Source of the DNA: a virus
Taxonomy: Duplodnaviria > Caudoviricetes
Reading direction: 5' to 3' (one strand)
DNA: 36,839 nucleotides
Virus record (IMG/VR): IMGVR_UViG_3300020161_002221
Coordinates: 1-36,839 of that record
This document shows positions 14,104 to 23,728 of the stretch, piece after piece. The notes under the pieces were generated by a model. That model did no database searches and had not been told where the DNA came from. It was given only the letters and a program-made list of their open reading frames with translations. Numbering within the stretch: position 1 is the first letter of the stretch; every line of letters begins with the position of its first letter. The position numbers and the translations under genes are program-made.

Positions 14104-15190
14104 TATCTTCCAGGACTTCAATCAGCCGGGCAAGGCTTCCGTGTTGATTGACGGTCAATACGGTAGCACCGGCAAGGGGCTGATCGCTGCCTATATTGCG
14201 CAGCAAAGCCCGGTGGACTTCGCGGTCACCAATGCTTCGGCCAATGCTGGTCACACCACTATCCTGCCGGATGGTACTACCTTCGTCACCTTCCACATGC
14301 CGACTGCCGGGATCATCAATCGCGATGCGGTGATTTACCTGAATGCAGGTGCAATCATCGATCCTGAGATCTTGATGAATGAGATCGAGGAGTTCAAGAT
14401 CGAACCGGGTCGCTTGGTGATTCACCCCAATGCGGCGGTGATTACCCAGGAAGATAAGGACTACGAGAAGTCCAAGACGTCCGGTGCGACCAAGATCGCC
14501 TCGACTCAAAAGGGGGTTGGTAGGGCGCTGGCACGTAAGGTCATGCGCGAAGGGATGGTGGTCAAGAACCATCCTATGATTCGCCAGTTCACTCAGATTC
14601 TCAATCTGAACCGCGAACTTCAGCACGGCAAGCGGGTGATGGTTGAAGTCCCGCAAGGGTTTTCACTCGGCAACGACCAGCCGTGGTACCCCAACACCAC
14701 GTCGCGTATCGTCTCCCCTGGTCAAGGGCTGAGCGATGCTGGGATCAGTCCCCGGTTCGTCGGCAATATTATCATGACCAATCGGACCTACCCGATCCGG
14801 GTCGGAAATATCGTGCAGGATGGCGTTCAGCTGGGATACAGCGGCGATTGCTACGATGACCAGCGCGAAGTGTCATGGGAGGAACTCGGTCAGAAGGCCG
14901 AAGTTACCACGGTGACCAAGCGGGTGCGGCGGATTTTCACCTTCTCCCGCAAGCAATATCGGGACAGCCTCGATTGCATCCGGCCCACGCATGTCTTCTT
15001 GAATTTCGTCAATTACCTGAATAGCCCCGACGATCTGTTCACGATGTTGAGCACGATGGGCGCGCAAGAGAACGAGACTGGGGTAATCCCCCAGAAGGTA
15101 TTCGGCTTGGGTCCTTCGACACTCGATGTTGTCGAGACTCTTGAGCAAGCCACGGAGTGGCTGCGCACTAAGCGTAAGGCGGCGGAATGA
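14093..15190 (+). CDS. purZ: PurZ, 2-amino-2'-deoxyadenylosuccinate synthetase (Z-base biosynthesis)
   Basis: Short PurA-family fold. GQYGSTGKG has Ser where PurA has Asp in GDEGKG. Also NAGHT, ASTQKGVG, EVPQGFSL, YPNTTSR, RTYPIRVG, TTVTKRVRR, and NFVN in place of PurA TKLD. Confidence 0.93.
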   Translation: MQSSIFQDFNQPGKASVLIDGQYGSTGKGLIAAYIAQQSPVDFAVTNASANAGHTTILPDGTTFVTFHMPTAGIINRDAVIYLNAGAIIDPEILMNEIEEFKIEPGRLVIHPNAAVITQEDKDYEKSKTSGATKIASTQKGVGRALARKVMREGMVVKNHPMIRQFTQILNLNRELQHGKRVMVEVPQGFSLGNDQPWYPNTTSRIVSPGQGLSDAGISPRFVGNIIMTNRTYPIRVGNIVQDGVQLGYSGDCYDDQREVSWEELGQKAEVTTVTKRVRRIFTFSRKQYRDSLDCIRPTHVFLNFVNYLNSPDDLFTMLSTMGAQENETGVIPQKVFGLGPSTLDVVETLEQATEWLRTKRKAAE

Positions 15191-15747
15191 TGGAGCGGAT
15201 TATGGAACAGGTAGTATTTTCCCGACTCGTCCCGGAAGTGTACGAGTGGTCCCATAGCAATTTTGGCGAGCAGCCGTCTTACCGACCGCTACTAGGACTG
15301 GTCGAGGAATTTGGCGAGTTACTTGAGGCGCTGGCTCACAATGATCGGGCCAAGATCGAAGACGCCATCGGGGACATCGCCGTCTTCTCGATGGACTACG
15401 CAGCCCGCGAGAAGCTCGACATGTTGGCTCTCGATGATCTCGAATACTTGGGGTCCCAGGTGGCGATGAACGCCGTTCTGAATGGTCCGAAGGACATCGT
15501 GGTTGAGGCCATGAAGTATCTCGGCAAGATCAACCATGCTCACCTCAAGTCTGAGCAGAAGATCAGGGTATCGGAAGATCACGCCAAGAACAAGCAATTC
15601 TACCTCCACAAGGTAACTCAGGCGATGTATGCCCTGTCCGATATGATGGGCAGCGATTACGCGGGCATCGTGAACGGCACTTGGGCGGAAGTGTCGAAGC
15701 GTCAGTGGAAGAAGAACGCTGTGAACGGTGCCGTCGATGCCGCATAA
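15187..15747 (+). CDS. mazZ: MazG-family nucleotide pyrophosphohydrolase (MazZ-like)
   Basis: EEFGEL...EDAIGD acidic MazG motif. Overlaps the purZ stop (ATGA). The symbol is assigned from genomic context. Confidence 0.75.
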   Translation: MMERIMEQVVFSRLVPEVYEWSHSNFGEQPSYRPLLGLVEEFGELLEALAHNDRAKIEDAIGDIAVFSMDYAAREKLDMLALDDLEYLGSQVAMNAVLNGPKDIVVEAMKYLGKINHAHLKSEQKIRVSEDHAKNKQFYLHKVTQAMYALSDMMGSDYAGIVNGTWAEVSKRQWKKNAVNGAVDAA

Positions 15748-16342
15748 GCCGTTTAGTAGGAGTCTCCGAACTCTTACTCACGTTCCAAGGTGGTCCATTG
15801 TCCGACTGATTCAACAACAGTCGGTCATGGAACATTCGGGACTGGTCGCTATTTACGCCGATCAAATTGCCGGTGTTCTTGGATGGGATGGTGATAGGGC
15901 AGCGCTCATGCGAGCCTGCCTTAGCCATGATTGGCCAGAAGTGGAGTCGGGCGACATGCCCGGCCCCTTCAAGCGAGCGGCGGTGGATGATGCTAAGCTA
16001 AGCGAATACGAGGATCAAGTGTATGATCGTCGGTTCGGAGGCAATCCGAATAACGACGATGATCCAATGATCGGCCATATGCTAAAAACCGCCGATATCC
16101 TTGAGGCAGTATTATTCCTGGTGTCGGAGCGACGACTTGGAAATCAGGGAGTAGTATCCGTATTACTCTCCAATTACGCGCTGTTGGTTAAGAGCCTCAA
16201 TAACTATTCGCTGCGTGGGCGGCAAAATCTTATGTTCCTCATCAATAAAGCGATCCGCGACGAATGGGAGGGGCAGGACGGAGTTCTTGATCCCGAATTA
16301 GAAGCGACGGGCGGGATGCTAAAAGGGGTCATTGCCATATGA
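15737..16342 (+). CDS. datZ: HD-domain dATP triphosphohydrolase (DatZ-like)
   Basis: HVPRWSIV...QSVMEHS...HDWPEVESGDMPGPFK...KTAD. Third gene of the purZ cluster. Confidence 0.8.
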   Translation: MPHKPFSRSLRTLTHVPRWSIVRLIQQQSVMEHSGLVAIYADQIAGVLGWDGDRAALMRACLSHDWPEVESGDMPGPFKRAAVDDAKLSEYEDQVYDRRFGGNPNNDDDPMIGHMLKTADILEAVLFLVSERRLGNQGVVSVLLSNYALLVKSLNNYSLRGRQNLMFLINKAIRDEWEGQDGVLDPELEATGGMLKGVIAI

Positions 16343-17745
16343 ACGAAATTCTGCCGATTTGGCACCTAAAGGGCAAGCCATTCGATGTCCAGGCGGAAGC
16401 CACGCGGCGGGCTGTAGAACACGATGCCTATGGTCTATGGCTCGAAATGGGATTAGGGAAGACTGGCACGTCCCTTAATATATTTGTAGATTCCGTGATT
16501 AAGAATAAAGTGGTCGGACTAGTGGTTGTGTGTCCGAATTCGCTCAAGCCCAACTGGTTAACAGAAGCGGATAAGTGGGGCGTCAATGTCACTAAATATA
16601 TGTGGCCAGATGTCCCGAAGGACCCTCGCAAGGTTAAGGCCCCTTTCCTGATTTCGATCAATTACGAGGCGATTGGAGTGGGCAAAGGCGAAGAGTATCT
16701 AGAGAAGGTCATGGCGGCTTATTCGACCATGTTGGTGTTAGACGAGAGCGTCCAGATCAAGAATCCGAAGTCACTGCGGACCAAAGCGGCGCTGCGTCTG
16801 CGCAAGCTTGCCAAGAAGCGTCTCATCCTGTCGGGTAATCCGGCACCGCAAGGCCCGCATGACATGTGGGCTCAGCTTACTTTCTTGGACGCCATTCCAA
16901 AAATGGCTTATCATCCATTTCGATACACGTTTTGCTCCCTGGGCGGCTTCATGGGGAAGCAAGTGATCGGAGTGCAAAATGAAGAGCGTCTAAACGGTAT
17001 CGTTAATAACTGTGGGTTTCGAGCCAAGAAGGATCAGTGGCTCGATCTTCCAGAAAAAATGTATACAACTCGTCAGCTTGAGATGACCAAGCTGCAGAGG
17101 CAGCTTTACCAGGAAATTGAGCAGGATCTTTATACTTACATTTCCGAGAGGGATGAAGAGATTTCGGTCCAGCTTGTCATCACCAAACTGATCAAGCTAC
17201 AGCAGATCGCTTCTGGATTTGTGATCTCGGATTCTGGGGCAGTCGTAGAATTGGACGGCGGCTCACCTAAGATGAAAGAGATTGAGGACCTGTTGGAACA
17301 GACAACTAGCAAGGTATTAATCCCCTGCACGTTCAAGCGGTCGATTGACATGCTGCTAGAGCGGCTCAAAGACTATAATCCGACCTTTATCAGAGGCGGA
17401 ATGACGTCGGAGGCAATTGAAGAGCAGAAGGATAAATTTAATAATTATAAAGAACATAGAGTATGCATAGTCCAAATGGACAGCGCTAAATACGGTCACA
17501 CGCTGATTGGCTCAGAGAAAGCCGGATGGTGCCACGTGGCCGCGTTCTACGAAAATACATTCTCGTTGGACACGCGGTCGCAGACCGAGGACAGAATTCA
17601 CAGGATTGGGCAGAAGAATACCTGTCAGTACATCGATTTCGTACTGAATCCTATCGACAATCAGATCGTGGCTGCTTTGCAGCGCAAGCAAGAGGTTAGC
17701 GCCGCCATCATTGACGGCATAAGAAAAGCCAAACAGAAAGATTAG
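16339..17745 (+). CDS. SNF2-family helicase
   Basis: EMGLGKT, VLDES, LSGNP and QTEDRIHRIGQ motifs. Confidence 0.92.
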   Translation: MNEILPIWHLKGKPFDVQAEATRRAVEHDAYGLWLEMGLGKTGTSLNIFVDSVIKNKVVGLVVVCPNSLKPNWLTEADKWGVNVTKYMWPDVPKDPRKVKAPFLISINYEAIGVGKGEEYLEKVMAAYSTMLVLDESVQIKNPKSLRTKAALRLRKLAKKRLILSGNPAPQGPHDMWAQLTFLDAIPKMAYHPFRYTFCSLGGFMGKQVIGVQNEERLNGIVNNCGFRAKKDQWLDLPEKMYTTRQLEMTKLQRQLYQEIEQDLYTYISERDEEISVQLVITKLIKLQQIASGFVISDSGAVVELDGGSPKMKEIEDLLEQTTSKVLIPCTFKRSIDMLLERLKDYNPTFIRGGMTSEAIEEQKDKFNNYKEHRVCIVQMDSAKYGHTLIGSEKAGWCHVAAFYENTFSLDTRSQTEDRIHRIGQKNTCQYIDFVLNPIDNQIVAALQRKQEVSAAIIDGIRKAKQKD

Positions 17746-17761
17746 CTTGTTCCTGGTATGA

Positions 17762-17791
17762 TTGACACTGACCATATTCACATGGTGGGAT
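17762..17791 (+). promoter_or_regulatory. Possible promoter for the packaging genes
   Basis: Perfect TTGACA at 17762. The best -10 is TGG-TGGGAT (18-bp spacer, lacking the -11 A). Confidence 0.35.
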
Positions 17792-17814
17792 GATCGTGAG
17801 GATAGGAGAATACT

Positions 17815-18039
17815 ATGACTCTCGATGATTTGAACACAAGGATTGAGGGTCAATACCCTCTTACATCTTTGCAGTTTGCGTTTTGCTCAGCCTATGCCTC
17901 TCACGGCAATGGAATGAGGGCGGTGCGCGAGGCCGGGTATACTCATTCTACTCCCGGTGCGCAGAGCAGCGCGGCTTATCGCTTGCTCCGCCAAGACAAA
18001 ATCAAGAAAGCCGTTGAGATTGTTCGTGAAGCTACCTAA
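17815..18039 (+). CDS. Terminase small-subunit-like HTH protein
   Basis: LT..Q.AFC.AY...GNG.RA..EAGY...AYRLLR..KI pattern, with an AGGAG RBS. Confidence 0.7.
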   Translation: MTLDDLNTRIEGQYPLTSLQFAFCSAYASHGNGMRAVREAGYTHSTPGAQSSAAYRLLRQDKIKKAVEIVREAT

Positions 18040-18575
18040 TGTCCTTCAGCGAGATGGTCATTCGGAGCTATCTGAATGACTCTGACCAGATTCAGCAGAT
18101 CAGAGCCGGGTACGGAATAACCGACCAGGAGCTTCGATTTGTACTAGAATTAATTGTAGACTTCGATTATTCTAGAGCCTTTTCTACGATTTTTCCGGTC
18201 GAAGAACTTGATCCGTTCGTGGCGTCTCACAAGCTCGCCAGTCGGCCCGAGATTCTCAAAGCTATATCCACCGAACTGTCCATCCAAGGCGCGTCCCTCA
18301 CAATTAAGAAGGACACGATTATGATGGGTATATTCAAGGAAGCTATCAATCCTAAGGCTAAACCTGGAGAAAGACTAAAGGCTTACGAGTTGCTAGCTAG
18401 AATGATTGGTGATCTTGATCCAACTGATAAGAACAAGATTCCGTCCATTAATGTTAATATTGTCGATAATCGAGCGATTCAGCTAACTAACGACAAAGTT
18501 GCTGTGAATCTGTCGGTGGGTATCGATGGTAGTCCGGTCATTGATATAGAGCCGGAGTCCGACAGTAATGAGTGA
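18039..18575 (+). CDS. Putative terminase small subunit
   Basis: TDQELRFV.E..VDFD.SRA...KL..RPEI...ERLKAYELLAR..G, directly upstream of TerL. Confidence 0.7.
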   Translation: MSFSEMVIRSYLNDSDQIQQIRAGYGITDQELRFVLELIVDFDYSRAFSTIFPVEELDPFVASHKLASRPEILKAISTELSIQGASLTIKKDTIMMGIFKEAINPKAKPGERLKAYELLARMIGDLDPTDKNKIPSINVNIVDNRAIQLTNDKVAVNLSVGIDGSPVIDIEPESDSNE

Positions 18576-19998
18576 CCTGCAGATCAATCTGCAATTATAC
18601 CCGAGACAGGCTCTAGCACTCCACACTGATGCTCAAGAAGTATTGTATGGTGGCGCAGCGGGTGGCGGCAAATCTCATTTAATGCGTGTTGCCGCTATTA
18701 TTTGGGCCAGCCAGATTCCAGGCGTCCAAATCTACTTCTTCCGAAGACAGTTCGTTGACCTTGAAGCCAACCATCTGAACGGGCCGTCATCGTTTCCGGT
18801 CCTACTTGGTCCGTTGATCAAAAGTGGACATTGCACTTGGAATAAGAGCAAGTATCAATTCCAATTTTATAATGGGTCCAGCATTAAGCTGGCACACGTT
18901 CAGAAAGAATCAGACGTTCAGAATTATCTCGGTGCTGAGATTCACATTCTCATCATCGATGAGTTATCTCAATTCACTCCTCAGATTTACAGGTTCTTAC
19001 GCTCCCGTCTCCGTATGGTGGGTGTGAAGGTACCGTCGAACATTAGAGGCAAGTTTCCTAAGATCCTGTGCGGCTCCAACCCTGGTGGTCCGGCTCACTC
19101 GTTCATGAAGATGCAGTGGATCAATCCCGCTGCACCTGAGCAGATTTGGAGAGCCCCGGATGACGATGGCGGATTGCACCGCCAGTTCATCCCGGCGAAG
19201 GTAACTGATAATCCGGCTTTGCTTGAGCAAGACCCCGAATATGTCAATAGACTTAGAGGGTTGGGCGATCCGGCTCTAGTCAGGGCTTATCTTGAAGGCT
19301 CATTCGATATTGTATCTGGTGGTATGTTCGATGATCTTTGGTCGAACCCTGTTCATGTATTGGAACCCTTTGCCGTTCCTAAGCGCTGGGCGGTCGATCG
19401 CTCATTCGACTGGGGTTCGTCTAGGCCATTCTCGGTCAATTGGTACGCAGAATCGGATGGCAGTCCGGTAATTTTGGCTGATGGTAGAGAACGCCACTTT
19501 CCTTTAGGCACAGTAATTCAGATTGGTGAGTGGTACGGATGGAATGGCAAGCCAAATGAGGGACTTAGATATACCCCTTCTCAGGTGGCTGAGGGCATTG
19601 TCGCCATTGAAAATCAGCTTGATCGCAAAATTGTACCTGGACCAGCCGACACCAGTATATTCGATCTGGACGCCCACAATACCAGTATTGCCGCGACCAT
19701 GGCGTCCAACGGAGTCGAATGGACACGCGCTGATAAGAGCCCAGGCTCACGTACGAGCGGGTGGACGCTGATTAGAGAGCGTCTTAGAAATTCGCTAGCT
19801 TCACCGATGGAGCTACCGGGATTGTTCGTTTTCCGCAATTGTTCTAACATGATCAGGCTATTGCCGGAAGCCGTACGTGCTGATAACAATCCAGAAGATC
19901 TCAACCCAAATTTCGAAGATCATTGCTTGGATGCCCTGCGTTATCGACTCCAAGTAGGTTCGTCTGTTTTAAAAAAGAGTAAGCTACGGCTCTTCTGA
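18568..19998 (+). CDS. terL: Terminase large subunit
   Basis: Walker A YGGAAGGGKS, Walker B IIDE, coupling motif GSNPG, and nuclease motifs FDWG and DHCLDALRY. Confidence 0.95.
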   Translation: MSDLQINLQLYPRQALALHTDAQEVLYGGAAGGGKSHLMRVAAIIWASQIPGVQIYFFRRQFVDLEANHLNGPSSFPVLLGPLIKSGHCTWNKSKYQFQFYNGSSIKLAHVQKESDVQNYLGAEIHILIIDELSQFTPQIYRFLRSRLRMVGVKVPSNIRGKFPKILCGSNPGGPAHSFMKMQWINPAAPEQIWRAPDDDGGLHRQFIPAKVTDNPALLEQDPEYVNRLRGLGDPALVRAYLEGSFDIVSGGMFDDLWSNPVHVLEPFAVPKRWAVDRSFDWGSSRPFSVNWYAESDGSPVILADGRERHFPLGTVIQIGEWYGWNGKPNEGLRYTPSQVAEGIVAIENQLDRKIVPGPADTSIFDLDAHNTSIAATMASNGVEWTRADKSPGSRTSGWTLIRERLRNSLASPMELPGLFVFRNCSNMIRLLPEAVRADNNPEDLNPNFEDHCLDALRYRLQVGSSVLKKSKLRLF

Positions 19999-20009
19999 CC
20001 CATAGATAG

Positions 20010-21662
20010 GTGGAACACATGGTAGTCACCCCCGGTGGTCCCGCCCGCCGCTCCTTCGTTAAGATCAGAAGTCTCCGCTTAACGGAGGTTACCCATCCGG
20101 ATTATGCTGAGCAGTACACCGATTGGGAAATGCTGGCAGACCTGGATGCTGGCGAGCGCGTCGTCAAGGAACACGGCTCCCGGTATATGATTCCTACTGA
20201 GTTAGAGAGGAATGATCCGGGTAATGCGGATACTACTAAGCCTTCAAGATTCCAGCAGAGAATCCAAAGATCTGTATATATCAATGGCGTGAAGAGACTG
20301 ACTCGCTACGCCATGGGCAATTTGTTCATGGAAGATGTTAAGCTTCCTAACTACTCCACATTGCCTGGATACATGGAAGCTATTTACGAAGACGCGGATT
20401 TTCTTGGTTCCGACATGCGGAGATTCATCCGCAACGTAAGCGATAAGTCTTACGTCATGGGTCATTACTTTGTAATCATCGACATGCCCAATCTCGATGA
20501 AATCCAGAGCTTACAGGATCAGAAAGAAGCGAATGCCAGACCCTATCTGATAGCAGTGGACCCTAGAGACATCATCAATTGGTCGATCCGTCGCGGTATT
20601 GATGGAAGATTTTATCTGGATTGGGTGGTTCATCGTATTGCAGAATACGTGTCGCCCGGTCCTTACGATATTCATGAAGAATCCGTATACTACAAGGTTT
20701 GGTATAGAGATCGCTGGGAAGTCAGAAAGTTATCGGCTGAGAACGCTCCTTACGAAGTAGTGGAAGAGGGCATCAATCCACTCGGTGAAGTGCCAATAGT
20801 TCCGATTTATTCGGATCAAGTGCGCCCGATGGTGTCTCAACCCCCTCTACTTGAGCCCGCCAACCTGTCCCTCAGCCATTACAACATGTACAGCATGTAT
20901 ATGAATGGCTTAATGTATCATCTGAATCCCCTACTGGTGATCCAAGGCGCAAGAGACACCGAAGTAAATCGCGGTGCTGATTATGCCCTGTTCTTGCCGA
21001 CCAATGGCGATGCTAAGTATGTTGAATACAATGGCACCTCGTTGAGTATCGCCCAAAAGTCAGCGGATGCTCTAGCTGAAGAAATCATGGAAGCTGGGCT
21101 TCGTAATACTACGTTCTTGGGTGCTAACACTTCGGCGGAGGCTCGCAAAGTATCGCGCGCAGATTACCATTCGTTCCTCAAGTCCGTGGCTTTGTCGTAC
21201 GAGAACGGTTGGAGCAAGGTGTTTAGACTAATTGGGCGCTGGATGGGCGATTCTTTCACTGAAGCTCAGTCCAAAGTGTCCTTCCACAAGGATTACGACC
21301 TGTCTCAGTTTGAGGCTGGTCAGCTTGATTTTCTACTCAAGGCCAGAGCCGCAGGGGAAATTTCCCGTAAGAGATTCTTTGAAGAACTTCGTAGGGGCCA
21401 AGTGGTAAATAAGGATATTAACATTGATACTGAGATCAGAGAGGCTCAGGTCGATGGCCCGGCATATGATGTCCGCGCTGAATTAAAGAGGCTGGATCTT
21501 GAGGCTAAGGGCGTCTCTGCTGACGATCTTCGGGACGGTCCCGACGATTCTAGAGACAGTCCCGACGATAACAGTGATAATCGCGACAATCGTAGCGACA
21601 ATCGTAGCGACAATCGTAGCGACAATCGTAGCGACGATAGATCGGTAAGGACCAGGGGCTAG
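20010..21662 (+). CDS. Portal protein (DUF4055-like)
   Basis: Size and position after TerL. Motifs HPDY...W, RPYL, IINW and PPLLEPANL.L.HY. Confidence 0.85.
   Translation: MEHMVVTPGGPARRSFVKIRSLRLTEVTHPDYAEQYTDWEMLADLDAGERVVKEHGSRYMIPTELERNDPGNADTTKPSRFQQRIQRSVYINGVKRLTRYAMGNLFMEDVKLPNYSTLPGYMEAIYEDADFLGSDMRRFIRNVSDKSYVMGHYFVIIDMPNLDEIQSLQDQKEANARPYLIAVDPRDIINWSIRRGIDGRFYLDWVVHRIAEYVSPGPYDIHEESVYYKVWYRDRWEVRKLSAENAPYEVVEEGINPLGEVPIVPIYSDQVRPMVSQPPLLEPANLSLSHYNMYSMYMNGLMYHLNPLLVIQGARDTEVNRGADYALFLPTNGDAKYVEYNGTSLSIAQKSADALAEEIMEAGLRNTTFLGANTSAEARKVSRADYHSFLKSVALSYENGWSKVFRLIGRWMGDSFTEAQSKVSFHKDYDLSQFEAGQLDFLLKARAAGEISRKRFFEELRRGQVVNKDINIDTEIREAQVDGPAYDVRAELKRLDLEAKGVSADDLRDGPDDSRDSPDDNSDNRDNRSDNRSDNRSDNRSDDRSVRTRG
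21583..21635. repeat. 12-bp tandem repeat (x4) encoding DNRS in the portal tail
   Basis: GCGACAATCGTA repeated. Confidence 0.95.
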
Positions 21663-21753
21663 TCTCCCTACCTTACCATCTTCACGAGAAGACCCACTGG
21701 TATTAATTTTAATGAGGGCGCTAGGTGCCCTTAATTGGAAAGGTCAAGGACCG

Positions 21754-22641
21754 ATGAACGTACGTAACACCACACCCAGGGTTCGTGGTTTCGAAGAAGT
21801 TGATATCTCGAATATCCCGAGCTACAATTCGAGAATGTCTGGCACTACCAATACGCCAGACCCCACTCCGGAACCCACTGAGGAAGAAAAGATTGAGGCG
21901 GAGGCCAAGTCCTTCGATCTGTCTAAGACCCTCAGAAACCCGAAGATCGCGGATATTTTGAAGACTTGGGCCGAGCGCGAAGTCGTCGCACCGGTAAAGT
22001 CGAAAAATCAGGAGCTTCTTGAGAAGCTGGTCCGCTACAAGTTCAAGGGTGAGGATGGCAAGGAGTATTATCTGGACCCGGAAGAGGCTCGCCTTGCTAT
22101 TGACAAGGTGAAGTCCGGTACGCCGGTCGAAGTCCAGAAGGAAGTTGACCGCGCTGTTGAAGCCGCCAACACTCGTAACAAGGTGATCATCGACGGACTA
22201 TCTCAGAAGAGTAATACCCTAGAGGAACAGCTGGCCCGTGAACGCAGTCGTCGTCTCGACACCATTGTCATCAACGAGTTAAATCGCGCGTTGATCAATT
22301 CCGGCATCAAGGCCGGTAAGATGCACCTCCATGAGATGTATCTCCGCAACTACCTGAAGGTGGCTGAGGAGAACGGCAAGGAAGTCATTGTGGTAATGGA
22401 CGAGTCGGATGCCGACAAGCCCCGCTACGGCTCGAAGGGTCTGATGACTGTCCAGGAATTCATCCTTGAATATCGCAACCGCGATGGCGTGGCTGAAGAC
22501 TGGCAGCCGACCGTTCGTGGTGGTTCGGGCACGGCCCCGACTGCGACAATGGGCGGTCGCGGTATTTCGATCAACCAGGATCTTCCTCCGGCTGAGCGCC
22601 TGAAGATCGCTCGTGCCGCGAATTCCGGTATCCGTCGCTAA
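21754..22641 (+). CDS. Putative capsid scaffolding protein
   Basis: Charged and coiled-coil-like, with C-terminal GGSG. Lies between portal and capsid. The start is uncertain (21754 or 21835). Confidence 0.7.
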   Translation: MNVRNTTPRVRGFEEVDISNIPSYNSRMSGTTNTPDPTPEPTEEEKIEAEAKSFDLSKTLRNPKIADILKTWAEREVVAPVKSKNQELLEKLVRYKFKGEDGKEYYLDPEEARLAIDKVKSGTPVEVQKEVDRAVEAANTRNKVIIDGLSQKSNTLEEQLARERSRRLDTIVINELNRALINSGIKAGKMHLHEMYLRNYLKVAEENGKEVIVVMDESDADKPRYGSKGLMTVQEFILEYRNRDGVAEDWQPTVRGGSGTAPTATMGGRGISINQDLPPAERLKIARAANSGIRR

Positions 22642-22670
22642 TTCATTAGGAAGGGGCGGGAACTTACCTA

Positions 22671-22700
22671 TTGACAATCGCCCCTTCTCTAGGATAGTAT
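22671..22700 (+). promoter_or_regulatory. Sigma70-like promoter for the capsid operon
   Basis: TTGACA-18bp-TAGTAT. The -35 is bracketed by the inverted repeat GAAGGGGCG/CGCCCCTTC. Confidence 0.6.
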
Positions 22701-22786
22701 ATTCCTTGAGCGAGGCTCAGGTCACCAACCTCCGCTAGGCGGGGGTGGATCGCAGTAAAGATTCAGCCCCGAAGTGGAGGATTATA

Positions 22787-23710
22787 ATGGCTCTAACTCT
22801 AGTTGAGGCTTCGAAGCTTCATAGCGGGGACGTACTGCGTTCCGCCGTTATCGAGCTTTACGCCCGTAACTCCGATGTTCTGATGGCTCTGCCATTTGAT
22901 AACATCACCGGCAACGCCCTTCGCTATAACCGCGAAGACAAGCTGCCCGGCGTCGGCTTCCGTGGTGTGAACGAAGCTTACGGCGAATCGACCGGCATCC
23001 TCAACCCGCAGGTTGAAATGCTGTCCATCGCTGGTGGCGATCTGGACGTCGATACCTTCATCCTCCAGACGATGGGCGCTGACCAGCGTTCCGTGCAGGA
23101 AGCGATGAAGATTCGCGCCCTCGCCCTCCGTTGGACCAAGGCGTTCGTCAAGGGCGACAACGGCAACGATCCGCGCGAGTTCGATGGTATCCAGGGCCGA
23201 GTCGCTGGCAACCAGCTGATTGAGAACAACGCCGGCACTGGCGCTGGTCTGTCTCTGGCCAAGCTGGACGAAGTTATCGATCAGGTGACGAACCCGACTC
23301 ATCTTCTGATGAACAAGGGTATGCGCCGCCGTCTAACGCAGTCGTCTCGTAATACGTCCGTCAGCGGGTACATCACCCATACGAAGGACGAATACGGTCG
23401 TCAGCTGACCATGTACAACGACCTTCCGGTTCTGGTCGTGGACGAAGACGAGGCTGGCAACCAGATCATGCCGTTCAACGAGGCTGCAGCTGGTGGTGGT
23501 ACTGCTTCCACTTCCATCTACTGCGTGTCCTTCGGTGAAGGCATGTTCCAGGGCATCCAGAACGGCGACATCACCGCCCGCGATCTCGGTGAACTGCAGA
23601 GCAAGCCTGCGATGCGCACTCGCGTTGAGTGGTTCGCTGGTATTGCTATCATGCACGGCAAGGCCCTGGCCCGCCTGCGTGGTGTCACCGATTCCGCCGT
23701 GACCGCTTAA
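22787..23710 (+). CDS. Major capsid protein
   Basis: ATG behind GGAGG, 307 aa. MALTLVEASKL...LPF..I.GNAL.YNRE..LPGVGFRGVNE...EFDG...ARLRG. Strongly biased codon usage. Confidence 0.9.
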   Translation: MALTLVEASKLHSGDVLRSAVIELYARNSDVLMALPFDNITGNALRYNREDKLPGVGFRGVNEAYGESTGILNPQVEMLSIAGGDLDVDTFILQTMGADQRSVQEAMKIRALALRWTKAFVKGDNGNDPREFDGIQGRVAGNQLIENNAGTGAGLSLAKLDEVIDQVTNPTHLLMNKGMRRRLTQSSRNTSVSGYITHTKDEYGRQLTMYNDLPVLVVDEDEAGNQIMPFNEAAAGGGTASTSIYCVSFGEGMFQGIQNGDITARDLGELQSKPAMRTRVEWFAGIAIMHGKALARLRGVTDSAVTA

Positions 23711-23728
23711 TAGAAGGAGAACGGTGAA

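Noticed and set aside
14093-15190. Ordinary adenylosuccinate synthetase (purA) as an auxiliary metabolic gene
   Set aside because: It has GSTGKG instead of GDEGKG, lacks TKLD, is short, and sits next to MazG and HD hydrolase genes.
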